From the NCBI GenBank assembly GCA_964016885.1, contig OZ024740.1, positions 288,796,001 through 288,860,000 on the forward strand: a stretch of 64,000 nucleotides of DNA. Direction: 5' to 3'. The DNA comes from Eledone cirrhosa (taxonomy: Eukaryota). The notes beneath the pieces were generated by a model. That model was not told the origin of the DNA. It worked only from the letters and a program-made list of their open reading frames with translations, and did not search any database. This document shows, piece after piece, positions 1-13,258 of the stretch. Positions within the stretch are counted from its first letter, which is position 1, and every line of letters starts with the position of its first letter. A program made the position numbers and the translations under genes.

Positions 1-1941
1 TTGGGTAGAGGTGTCTATCATGTTGATCAACCTGTCAGTCTGGAAACTTTATACAATGTTAAGAAACCTTCTATTGAAGCAAGTGAGCATCCTGTTGACC
101 ATTCAGCTGATGTCATTGAGAACGATGATGTCAACATTTCTTATGCTCCACATATTCCATATGGTCAAGATTCTAATATTGAATGGAAATCTGGTCAAGA
201 TATTCCAAAAGTAAAAATGGCCAAAGGTGAAGATAATTTTCAATATGGTGATCTACCTACAAGTGAACAGCTACAGAAGTCAAATGTAACCACACCTACT
301 GGTCAATATGGTGTCTACCATGTTGACCTTCCTGTGGATCTGGAACAACTACATCGTGTTGCCCAGCCTTCTCGTCCGGATGTCTCTGGATATGTTGATA
401 AAACTATTGGTCAACCTGACATCACTGCTGGTCAAGATCTCCCTGAAGCTATTGAACAGTCTCTAGGAGAATATCATGTAAAACCAGTTTATCTCCCAGC
501 AGGTGAAGATCATTTAACTGATGAACAAGATGGTCAAGAAATTAAACTGCCTTCTTTTCAAGATGTTCCATGTGTACAGATATCCAATCAAGATACTAAA
601 TCTGCTTATATTCCCAGTGAGCAATACAGTGATCCCATTGCCACACCCACAGCTCAAGAGAGACAAGATAACAGACAGTCCATTGGTGAAGGTGTCTATC
701 ATGTGGATGTCCCTATAGCTTTAGAGAGCCTTCATCGAATTGACCGATCTAAGGGACAAAAACCACGTGGCCACATTCATCAGCCTTCTGATCAGGGTGT
801 CAAAAAAACTGACCATGATCTCAGAAAAAGTGTTGAGCTACACAGTGGCCAAGACCCTCTCCAAGATATCACTCTGTCACCTGATCAAGATCAACAATTG
901 CCAGACGTGACATTGACCCATGAAAATGTTCAAACTGTTCAAATGAGCCCTGGTCAACTTCCTGGTAATTTGTCAACAGATCAAGATATTCCATGTTTAC
1001 CTCCACCTACTGGTCAAAGTAGCAGAAATTCCTTGGGTAGAGGTGTCTATCATGTTGATCAACCTGTCAGTCTGGAAACTTTATACAATGTTAAGAAACC
1101 TTCTATTGAAGCAAGTGAGTATCCTTCTGACCATTCAGCTGATGTCATTGAGAATGCTGATGTCAACATTTCTTATGCTCCACATATTCCATATGGTCAA
1201 GATTCTAATATTGAATGGAAATCTGGTCAAGATATTCCAAAAGTAAAAATGGCCAAAAGTGAAGATAATTTTCAATATGGTGGTCTACCTACAAGTGAAC
1301 AGCTACAGAAGTCAAATGTAACCACACCTACTGGTCAATATGGTGTCTACCATGTTGACCTTCCTGTGGATCTGGAACAACTACATCGTGTTGCCCAGCC
1401 TTCTCGTCCAGATGTCTCTGGATATGTAGATAAAACTATTGGTCAACCTGACATCACTACTGGTCAAGATCTCCCTGAAGCTATTGAACAGTCTCTAGGA
1501 GAATATCATTTAAAACCAGTTGATCTCCCAGCAGGTGAAGATCATTTAACTGATGAACAAGATGGTCAAGAAATTAAACTGCCTTCTTTTCAAGATGTTC
1601 CACGTGTACAGATATCCAATCAAGATACTAAATCTGCTTATATTCCCAGTGAGCAATACAGTGATCCCATTGCCACACCCACAGCTCAAGAGAGACAAGA
1701 TAACAGACAGTCCATTGGTGAAGGTGTCTATCATGTGGATGTCCCTGTAGCTTTAGAGAGCCTTCATCGAATTGACCGATCTAAGGGACAAAAACCACGT
1801 GGCCACATTCATCAGCCTTCTGATCAGGATGTCAAAAAAACTGACCATGATCTCAGAAAAAGTGTTGAGCTACACAGTGGCCAAGATATCACTCTGTCAC
1901 CTGATCAAGATCAACAATTGCCAGAAGTGACATTGACTCAT
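1..1941 (+). repeat. Coding tandem duplication, 1032-nt (344-aa) unit, about 1.9 copies in window
   Basis: Sequence at 1 recurs at 1033 with few substitutions; copy 2 has a 12-nt deletion and stops near 1941. Confidence 0.95.
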
Positions 1942-4432
1942 AATCTCAGAAAAAGTGTCCAACCTATTGATCAGGATGTTGAAGAATATTGCTATTATGT
2001 TGATCGTCCTCTCACTGAACATATTTTCCAAGAACCTCAAACTGTTGACGTATCCATGTTGAAACACCCTTTTAATCTGTCTTCTTCTCAAGATTATCAA
2101 CAAGATATTGATCATCTGACTGGTCAAGTGGATTCACATTCTCAAGCTGACCAAACTGGTAGCCATGTTGATTCTCAGCTTGATCCAAAACACACTGATC
2201 AATTTGACAAACAAAAGTATGAAGCGAAGTGTGAAAAACTGTCTGCTAGTGGTCAAATTTTCTCCACTACCATGACAGCTGGTAGTGGTGTTGGTCAGCT
2301 TGAAATGGAAAATCGTGACCATTCATTTGGGATGGCCCCTGTTATACAGGGACAAGCGCAGTACAGTGACCACACTTTTCACCAAAGTCAGCTAAATAAA
2401 GTTAATCTTTCCACTAGGCAAGATCAAATCAAGCTTGGAGCGCATACTATTAGTGAAACCCCGTGTGATATCCTCAGTACTCAGGTTCAAAATAGGCCTG
2501 ATAGTGGTGACCATGAAGATCAGTATGGTCTGAAACATACTGGACAGCAGAGTGGTGACCATGAAGATCAGTATGGTCTAAAACACACTGGACAGCAGGG
2601 TGATGACCATGAATGTCAGTATGGTCTAAAACACACTGGACAGCAGGGTGGTGACCATGAAGGTCAGTATGGTCTAAAACATACTGGACAGCAGGGTGAT
2701 GACCATGAATGTCAGTATGGTCTAAAACACACTGGACAGCAGGGTGATGACCATGAATGTCAGTATGGTCTAAAACACACTGGACAGCAGGGTGGTGACC
2801 ATGAAGGTCAGTATGGTCTAAAACATACTGGACAGCAGGGTGATGACCATGAATGTCAGTATGGTCTAAAACACACTGGACAGCAGGGTGATGACCATGA
2901 AGGTCAGTATGGTCTAAAACACACTGGACAGCAGGGTGGTGACCATGAAGGTCAGTATGGTCTAAAACACACTGGACAGCAGGGTGATGACCATGAATGT
3001 CAGTATGGTCTAAAACACACTGGACAGCAGGGTGATGACCATGAAGGTCAGTATGGTCTAAAACATACTGGACAGCAGGGTGATGACCATGAATGTCAGT
3101 ATGGTCTAAAACACACTGGACAGCAGGGTGATGACCATGAATGTCAGTATGGTCTAAAACACACTGGACAGCAGGGTGATGACCATGAATGTCAGTATGG
3201 TCTAAAACACACTGGACAGCAGGGTGGTGACCATGAAGGTCAGTATGGTCTAAAACACACTGGACAGCAGGGTGATGACCATGAAGGTCAGTATGGTCTA
3301 AAACATACTGGACAGCAGGGTGATGACCATGAATGTCAGTATGGTCTAAAACACACTGGACAGCAGGGTGATGACCATGAATGTCAGTATGGTCTAAAAC
3401 ACACTGGACAGCAGGGTGGTGACCATGAATGTCAGTATGGTCTAAAACACACTGGACAGCAGGGTGATGACCATGAATGTCAGTATGGTCTAAAACACAC
3501 TGGACAGCAGGGTGGTGACCATGAATGTCAGTATGGTCTAAAACACACTGGACAGCAGGGTGATGACCATGAATGTCAGTATGGTCTAAAACACACTGGA
3601 CAGCAGGGTGGTGACCATGAAGGTCAGTATGGTCTAAAACACACTGGACAGCAGGGTGGTGACCATGAAGGTCAGTATGGTCTGAAACACACTGGACAGC
3701 AGGGTGGTGACCATGAAGGTCAGTATGGTCTAAAACACACTGGACAGCAGGGTGGTGACCATGAAGGTCAGTATGGTCTAAAACACACTGGACAGCAGGG
3801 TGGTGACCATGAAGGTCAGTATGGTCTGAAACACACTGGACAGCAGGGTGGTGACCATGAAGGTCAGTATGGTCTGAAACACACTGGACAGCAGGGTGGT
3901 GACCATGAAGGTCAGTATGGTCTGAAACACACTGGACAGCAGGGTGGTGACCATGAAGGTCAGTATGGTCTGAAACACACTGGACAGCAGGGTGGGGAGT
4001 GTCAGTATAGCCTTGAACAAGGTCGTCAACAGAGTAGTAACAATGAATGCAAATACATCTTTGGATATACTGGTCAACCAGATGAAGGTAGCAGCTCTAC
4101 TATTGAACAAAAAAACATCACAAAGATTGTTCACAAATCTGTTAAGCACTTTGGTCATCCACAAGGTGATGAATCCATTCTCCATCTTACCACTGAACGA
4201 CCTCAGGCACATGCTGCTGCTTACTCTCAAAGTAGCAGCACTCAGCAGAGTGACAGCTCATGTTCTCCTCATACATCATCATCTCAGTCAACATCAGACA
4301 CAGGCACACTCCAACTCCAAGACTCTCACATGTCAACTGTTTTATCTGATGCCACTACTGAGGTTACAACAAAAAAGTCTTCACGGAAATCTCGTAAATC
4401 ATCTCGTAAGAAGAAAAAATCATCTTCACAAG
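1..4432 (+). CDS. Giant coding exon A (5' end outside window); repeat-rich disordered segment, probably of a giant ankyrin-like protein
   Basis: Open frame 1-4452; donor CAAG|GTAATT after 4432 (phase 1, same as all downstream exons). Contains a 1032-nt duplication, 31 x 48-nt repeats and a basic end KKSSRKSRKSSRKKKK. The TTG start in the ORF track is a window-edge artefact. Confidence 0.8.
2503..3990 (+). repeat. Coding minisatellite, 31 x 48 nt ([G/S][G/D]DHE[C/G/D]QYGLKHTGQQ)
   Basis: 1488 nt / 48 = 31 near-identical units. Confidence 0.95.
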
Positions 4433-5523
4433 GTAATTTAGATGATCTCTAGTTTTTACCTACATCTCTTTCTTTCTCTTATGCAATTACTCTTTCTCAT
4501 TCACTCACTTCACATTCTCACCCTTTCGTCTTCTCTTAGTATCTGCTGAAATGTGTCTTTGGCCTTATCATCAGCTTAACATAATCAAAGGCTCTGGTAT
4601 AAAAGTTAAACAAATCTAAGCAAAAGCGCTGAAACTAACCATTCTCCTTTTCAAAGCTGTCTCAGAAATACACCTCACAGTTGAGAAAAAAAGCCTTCTT
4701 CCTTTTTACAAAACCTGGAGTTGTTGTTGTTGGTCAATCTTTGAGTGATGATTTCTCTGATTGTACTTTGGTGCTAATTTATTGAATTTCAATCATCATA
4801 TTCTAATTTTTGACAGGTTTGATTTCTATGTAGAAATTGGCTGTTTATTGTACCTTTACCATTTTTCTTTTACTACTACTTTTCTTTTAATTCAAAATGG
4901 CACTCATAGACAATTCAAAGATTTCATTTGCTTGACGCTTTGTCAGGTAAGCAATATTGATGACAACAATGATGATCCAGAAAATTCTTCAATTAATATA
5001 TGCTTAAAGTATGTTTCAACAACTCTATCTGTGTTGGTTGATATTACCATCCTTCATGGCCATATAACTATTTGCTCATTGACCATAGAACCCCATCTTT
5101 TCAGTGACCATATAACTTTCTATATAACATTATTTTGAGGTAGACATATTACCATCTCTTCTCACTGACCATATATTCAGTGGACTGCTCAACTATCTTA
5201 CCTCTTCTTCAGTGGTCATGTACTTTATTCTTTTGTGATCATGTAACTATCTATTCAATGACCATGCAATTGTCTAATCAGTAGTCATATAATGATTCCC
5301 TCAATGGTCATATAATTATCTTATCAATAAACACAACCACTTCTTCATCGGCTATGTAATTTCTTCTCTTGTGCTCATGTAACCATCTATTTAACAGCTA
5401 CACAACTATATCTTTTGGTGGTAAGCATTTTGTGTGACACCTTTATATCTCTCCTCACATACAGTTGCTTTCTAGCAGATATATATATGTATATATGTAT
5501 ATATGTGTGTGTGTGTGTGTATA

Positions 5524-5595
<72 letters not shown>

Positions 5596-7115
5596 TCAAA
5601 GATGTATTTGTTTTATGGTGCTGGTATCTATAAACACATCACTCATAACCTTAATCTTCAGAGGTTTGCATGCTTTCATAAAATTTTCACAGATATTTTC
5701 TTTTCTATTTTCTGTTTATTTTCTCTCTATATTTTTATATTATTATTATTTATTACTATTATGTCATCTCTTTTTCTTTTGATTGGATCACTTTTTGCTT
5801 TCTTAACTAATACATGTAGTATCATTTCTTCAAACTTCTGGTGGTGGTGCTTTTTGATTGTAAAAAAAGTGTGTCAGTCTTGTTATTCATTGACTTTCAC
5901 TTGCCATTCATCTTATTTATTATTATTGTTATTTTCGGTAAGATCATTATCTCTTATGCTTAATTATATTCATGTGTAGCATATACATACAAACATACAC
6001 TCACATACACACTATATATATATATATAAACTTCAAAGATGTATTTATTTTATGGTGCTGGTATCTATAAATCAATCACAATCACACAAAACAAAAACCC
6101 ACAATAACTACAACAAAATAGTAAAAAAAACATTCATTATCTTCATTTATTTTTTGTTTATGTTTGTTTTATTTGCCTTTTCATTTTGTTCTCTTTTAAA
6201 ACATTTCTGCATTCATTTTTATGTCGGCATTTTGGGGGTTGGACATGTTTGTAAAGTGAAATTGTTCTACAGACTTTTGAAATATATAGACATACATCAT
6301 GTATTTTGTATTGTGTGTGTCTGTGTGTGTTATACATATCATATTCATAACATACATGTGATTGCATATGCCAAATATGATGTATGAAAAACTTTATCAA
6401 TGAATTTTTAATTGCCCAAGATCATCATTACCATCATCATCATCATCACCATCATCATCACCATCATCATTACCATCATCATTATCATCATCTCCCCATT
6501 TCAAGTCATGTGAGCCAAATGTAAACCAAAGTGGAATTGTCACTGAATATTGAATGAACAGTTCACCTTCATAAGGTTGTATTTATATAGAGTATAGGTA
6601 TAAATGTGTCTCCATGTAAAGTCTATAAAATCAAATGAGGAGCAAAATAACCAAGATTGTGTATTAATTAAGGATATTGTCACACCTTGCTCTCATAGCA
6701 AGCGGCAAGTGATGTCACAAGATATTTCACCAGCTTCATCAGTAGTTCATAGATGTATATCATCACCGTCATCATCATCAATTTTTCTATGCTGGCATGG
6801 GTCTTGAATGAGTCTTTAAGGCAAAATTCAATGGCCAGATGTCCTTCTTGACATCAACCTTCACTTGTTTTTAAGTCAAGTATGGATCTTCACATACCTA
6901 ACCACTAACAGCAGGATCTTTAACATAAACAAATAACACCAAATGCAAAGAAAAGAGAAGAGACAAACTCTCAGACACATATATGCATACATGCATATAT
7001 ATATATATATACACACACACATTGACAGGATTCCTGACAATTTCTGTATTCAAAATTTACTAAAAAGGCATTGGTCACCCTGAGGTTATAGTATGAGATA
7101 CTTGTCCAAAGTGCC

Positions 7116-7152
<37 letters not shown>

Positions 7153-7155
<3 letters not shown>

Positions 7156-8455
7156 GGTGCGGACAATATTTGTTCGCAAGATTACTGTCTAGGAAAAAAT
7201 AACACAGTAGTTTTATTTTTTAAGATTTATTTATCAAACTTGGGTCAGTTTGTCTTCATGACTTGTTCTTTCGATCTCACTCGATAAACCCGCCATAGGC
7301 TTTGATGACGGCCTCAAGGTGACCTCGGAACCGGCTACAGGCCTTCGTCACTGTCCCCCGACTTAGGCCCCTAAAGGCACTTGTGATCCTGGCCTTCAGA
7401 TCGTCTTTTGTATTGCAGCTAGATCTGTTGGTGTCTCGTTCCACTGCACCCCACACAAAGAAGTCGAGGGGATTGCAGTCAGTCGAGCTGGGAGGCCAAA
7501 TGTCAGGTGGAGTGTGGTCGACAAAGTTCTCTGACAGCCAGGCTTGGGTCTTTCGGCTGGTATGGCAGGGCGCTGAGTCTTGCTGCCACACGTACGGCTT
7601 ACCTGCAGCTACCTGGTCGATCCAGGGCTTTACTACCTCGCTCAGAACGCGGATGTAGCCATCGGTGTTCAGCTTGAGGCCCTCAGGGAAGAAGTGAGGT
7701 GGCATGACGTCACTTTGACTACTGACGACACCTAAGACCAATGTTGTCGCTGGAAACTTTGTCTGCCTGACTCTGGGCATGTCTATGGATGAGACAGTAA
7801 GCCACCTGTTGTTCTGGGAGTTGATCTTCTGGTCTTGGCAGAAATTTTTCTCGTCGGAGAAAAACAACAGCATGTCTGGCTCCAGTGGGTGTTTCAACTT
7901 GTTGATCAGCTTCTTTGCGTGCTTCAGTCGCTTTTCTTGCATCGCCTTTGACAGAAATTGTCCTTTCCTCATCTTGTATGAAACGTACCGAATGTCTTCA
8001 TGTACCACCAGCCTAATGAGCTTTTCATCCACGCCTTTCTCCCTTGCAATGGCATGCATTGACTTGCTAGATTTATTGTTGATGATATCCTGAACTTCAG
8101 CGACGAACTCGGAGGTTCTGAAGGCGTCAGATCGTCAATCATGTGTTTTCCTCTCTGAAGTTGCTTCGTAGTCGAATCCTGAATCTTCCAATTCCTTTCT
8201 GACCTTTTCCACCATTCTCCTGCTGACGCCGAGATAGTCTGAAATTTCCTTATTTGTCCTCCCGGCGGATTCCAAGAAGAACTCCGTGTCTCTTCCACAA
8301 ATTTGGAGGTTCAAAATTATTCATAATCAATTATTCTGAAAATAAATAATGGAAATATAGTCACTGTTTTTATGAAGACAAGAGTGACAACGGAAGTAAA
8401 AAAAAATTTGCATAAAATTAGCAGTTGAAAATTGCGAACAAATATCGTCCACACC

Positions 8456-8458
<3 letters not shown>
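7153..8458 (-). mobile_element. Full-length Tc1/mariner-superfamily DNA transposon, DD37D (maT) family, defective
   Basis: 27-bp TIRs CAGGGTG(C/T)GGAC(A/G)ATATTTGTTCGCAA (2 mismatches), TA flanks inside (TA)n, 1306 bp; transposase motifs FSDEK..WQQDSAPCH..DCNPLDF with 37 aa between 2nd and 3rd Asp. Confidence 0.93.
7277..8324 (-). pseudogene. Disrupted DD37D transposase
   Basis: Reconstructed ATG at 8324 (MNNFEPPNLWKRH..), frameshift near 8265 and in-frame TGA at 8137-8135; catalytic domain 7277-8059 still open. Confidence 0.85.
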
Positions 8459-8527
<69 letters not shown>

Positions 8528-11500
8528 CTGGCAAGAGTTTTCATATGAAAACATGCGGAAACAGAAATTGTAGTGTTTTGGGGGGGTTATTTTTGCTATT
8601 AATGAAGCAAAAGCACTGATTGTAATTATTACTTATTCCCATATTCTATAATTATCATAACTGAAATGTGGCAAACATTATCAAATATGTAAATAAGATT
8701 TGTGAGAAGACTGTTAATTATAACTAAATAACTAAATTACTCAGATGTTGTTTGATGATATGCTCTGCACTTCAACAAAATCCCATTACATAATCGGAAA
8801 AACATTTGACAAAGTATTAACCCTTTAGCATTTGCATTACTCTATATATACCATTTTGATTTTGTAATAAAAGCTTTACCTCACATAGTTTTCTCACATA
8901 ATATCAAATCTAAGAGATTTTGATATTTATTTTGAGAACAATACCTTAACATCAGTATGAGTGGCCAGTTACAGCTGGTTTGAACAGAAAGAGGGGAGAG
9001 AATTCTGGGCAGATACAGCCAGTTTAAATGCTAAAGGTTTAATCAAAACATTGCCAAGTGAAAATAAAGGAAAAATCCTCTACAACATTTGATTGTATTT
9101 TACATGACTAACTAAAAGTAAAGGGCCCTTAACTTCTAGTAGGGGCCTGATTTTGAAGCATAGCATACTTTCATCATTGTAAACCTAAAAGGGACCATCC
9201 TCCTCCAGGTCAAAACTTAGTTGTTTCTTCCAGAAAAAAATTTATAAAAAGAAAGAAAGTGATGGAGATAAGAGGAAGAATTGACACCAGTATTGAACTG
9301 ATATTTTATTTATTGACCTTGAAAGGATGTGAGGCAAAGTTGACCTTGATGTGATGCGGACTCAGTGTGCTGTGAGTTGGATCAAATACCAAAGCAGTTT
9401 TAATATGACATTGTAACAACTGTCAATTTGCCACCTTGCACACTACTAAATACTATTATGTCTCAAGAACTCTCAATTGAACTTTCAATGTATGAGTGTT
9501 CAATAAAAAAAAAAAACTATCTCCTCATTTTATTATAGTATAAATTAATGATTATTCTACAGACACTTGCCCCTTTAAGCAGAATCAATGTGACAGGGTT
9601 TTTAAAATCATAATTGAGTTCCATCTGACGGGTTTTCCCCCACAGTTTCTGAGAACCCAATTTCAATTCTATAGCTGTAGTTGACCTCAGGCTTGAGTAA
9701 AAGACTCTTCTCTAATGTGTCATCCTCTGGGACCAAACCAATGGCCTCATGATTGAAAAGCAAACTTAACCATTTAGCAGTGTGCCTATTATATGTGGTC
9801 AGTATTTAGCTGCTTTTTGTTCTATTATATTTTGTACTACTATTATATCTACATATATGATCAGTGTTTGAATATATTTTGTATCACTATTATATGCACA
9901 TATAACTACATGTCTGATCAGTTTTTTTACTATTATACTAGCTATTATAACCACCATCTGAAAGAAATTGTGTTGCTATGTTTGTATATGTGTGAATGTA
10001 TATATATTGTTTAATTTCTTATGTACTGATTTTTATTTCCTGTATAACCTATTATATGTTCATGTTTTTGTCAGGGTTTTTTCATATAACGTGTAGCTCA
10101 GTATAAAATAAATACATTTGGATCATATACATAGTGTTAAAATAGTGAAAAAGAAAAGAAAGTATTATATTTTAATTTTGTTTAGTAATCCATTGATAAA
10201 ATCCTTCTACTTGTTATCTGCAGTGATGCCTGAAACACTTGAGAGGACATTCAAGTAATAATTCAGTCAAACAACCAAACTGCATATGAAACAGTAACAT
10301 CTAATGTTTTGGTGGTTGGATATACTATAAAGATATTAATAATACATCATCATCGTCATTTAGCATTTGTTCTATCTGCTAGTAAGGGCTGGATGAGTTG
10401 TCAAAGACCGAGTTAGTACTAAAGTGGAGCTGCTGACATCTTGGGTGGATGTTTGAATGCTCTACTGAGTTCAATTTATCATGGCACCAGCACTAGGTAG
10501 GTTGTTATGTCTTTGACATTGCTGAAGAGTTCCTCCAACCCTGTATTTGACAGGTTTTCTGTGGTTGGATGCCCTTTCTATCACTAAGACTAGGAAGTTT
10601 GACATTTCTTTGACACAAAATATCCTCCCAACCATTTGTAGGAACTTTAGTGTGTCAAAGCCATGACAACCTCCCTGGTGTTGGTGTGGTGGTCAAGATG
10701 TTTCTTACAAAATACAATCTCAGAAAGACAACGTCAACCATATATATATATATATATACTTACTCAAAGGGGATTAACCAAAGAAAAATAATAAGGCTGT
10801 CTGCTTTCTTAAAGAAAAGGGATTACAAAATCACAGATAATTAAGGATTGGGTATATGTATAGTCATCTATTAGAAGACATGCATAAACAAACATATACA
10901 CACACTTGCAGGCACACATTTTTATAACAGGTATACACACATATCCACAACAATAAAGATGAATTCATTATAATTTTGATTTTTTTTTTTTAAATCATTT
11001 TTTTCATGTAATTTTTCGACTTTTCAGCATGTTTTCATCTCGGCATCATGTTTTCTTAAGGTTTTGTTACCTCCTGTTTTCACTTTGTTGCCATGGTTAC
11101 CATCAACCCCACTATTGTTTTTCTTGCATGTTTATAATTATGCTGATTGTTTTTTTGTTGTTTTTTTTGTTGTTTTTTGCTATTGCTGTTGATGTTTAAC
11201 CCCAGGTCAAGCTTGTTTCAGCCAAACTATCAAAGACGTTCCAGCCAAACTATCAAAGACGTTCCAGTCATGACCATCACAATTTATTCAGACATAGTAT
11301 GTCTGAGGCTACATTATCGAATGTCTTTCCATATATTCTTTTAAAGATGGTTGGATATGATTTGAGGAAGATTTGGCTGCTATTTATAAAAGGATACAAG
11401 CTCATTTGTTGGCTCATAATTTTATGTTGTTCTTATTGTCACTTGTTAATGCTATTGTTAGTGTTCTGATATATGCAAATGAATATTGGTGTTTTAATTT

Positions 11501-11618
11501 TTTCATTAATTAAACTTGCAAGTTAATAGTGCTAGTGCAATCAACAGTAAATGTATTTTATTTTGTTTATTAATTCATTTTTTTCTTATATGCACACATC
11601 ATCATCGGTGATGATTTT

Positions 11619-11710
<92 letters not shown>

Positions 11711-12627
11711 CAAAGGGCAAAGGAGCTCTTAAGAGTCAATGGCCATCTAAAATCACTGGGAGAGATGACCCCTTAGCCTTTGTCAAGGCAGAATTCTAGG
11801 AGAAGGAAAACTCTGATATAACACCTGCAACCCTGATGGTATCCAATGATGTTGACTTGTTCTTCTTTTTGGTAAATATCATCTTGGTTAAGAGAGTGGG
11901 ACTGGCTTTGTGCAGTGCCTTTGCTCACTATAAAAGCTTCACGGCACAGGCATTGCTTTATATCTGGAGATCTCTCTGCACTTGTCGTCACATGGTACCA
12001 TGGGCCCAGCACTATGTGTCAGTAATTGTCACAAGTGTAGTGTTTGTACCAGAGTTTTCAAGTCGCTGGCTGGACTAAAAAGTCACACTCGTTCAGCGCA
12101 TCGGTAGGGGTTTTCCTACATGGATATAAAGTAGTGGCCGTACTCGAAAACGAGTTGGCAGCCACCATATATATATATATATATATAATACACACACATA
12201 TACGCATATACAGATAAATATATGTGTATGTGTCAGTGTTTATATCCCATAACTTAGCAGTTTGACAAAGAGAATAAGTACCAGGCTTGAAAAAATAAGA
12301 TCAAATATAATAGACTAAAACTCTTTACAGCATAGTTGCAGTCTAATAACTAAAACTAATAACATAATAAAAGGATGTATACATATATATATGTATATAA
12401 TTTTTTTAATCTTTTGTTTCAGTCATTTGACTGTGACTATGATGGGATTGAGTCAGTCAAATCAACCCCAGTACTTATTTTTTCAAGTGTTATACTTAAT
12501 TTGTCTATCCCTTTTTGTCAGACCACTAAATATCGAGAGATGCACACAAATGTAAATACAGAATACACACACAAACACACACATACACACATCTGTGTGT
12601 ATGCATATATAATTTTATGCAGATATC

Positions 12628-12677
<50 letters not shown>

Positions 12678-12781
12678 CAGGGAGTGTAACGTGAAGTTAC
12701 TGTAGGTTCACCTGGGTGAGCACACAATGTTTAGATTCACGCCTGCATCGAGGTGTAGAGCTAATCAGTGTAAATATAATA

Positions 12782-12965
12782 ATTGTTTCTACTTTTGGCA
12801 CAAGGCCAGCAATTATTCCAGTGTATTACTGGTACTTTATTTTATCGACCCCTTAAGGATGAAAGGCAAAGTTAACCTCGGCGGGTTTTGAACTCAGTCC
12901 GTAAAGGGACGTAACTGTGCTGCAAAGCATGGCGTCCGACCCTCTACCGATACTGCCAATCCACC
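12782..12965 (-). mobile_element. tRNA-derived SINE, family 1
   Basis: Minus strand A box TGGCAGTATCGG, B box GAGTTCAAAACC, body GCCTTTCATCCTT..GGGGTCGATAAAATAAAGTACCAG, (TTA)n tail, flanking direct repeat GTGTAAATATAATAAT. Confidence 0.85.
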
Positions 12966-12976
12966 GTGTAAATATA

Positions 12977-13258
12977 ATAATGCAAGTATGATTTGTTAAG
13001 TCTTCATTACATTTATTGATTGGTGACGCACGTTTTGCTTTTGATCAGCTGAAGGTTCAATCTGTATCGATCTGGTCTGACTCTGAAATCAAAAGCTCAT
13101 CGGACCTCTGCTGTCATTACATAGCAGAGGTCCGACAAGCTTTTGATTCCAGAGTCAGGCCAGATTGATACAAATGGAACCTTCAGCTGATCAATAGTGA
13201 AATGCGTGTCACCAGTCAATAAACATAATGAAGGCTTAACAAATCATCCTTATATTAT
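12977..13258. mobile_element. About 280-bp foldback palindrome (MITE-like)
   Basis: Arms of about 130 nt are reverse complements around a 6-10 nt loop at 13113-13122. Confidence 0.75.

Noticed and set aside
2503-3990. CRISPR-like appearance of the 48-nt repeats
   Set aside because: No unique spacers, no cas genes, eukaryotic context, in-frame coding repeat.
10224-10258. Possible exon after TCTGCAG (VMPETLERTFK*)
   Set aside because: The nearby GT gives 31 nt (frame-breaking) and read-through stops at once; unsupported without transcripts.
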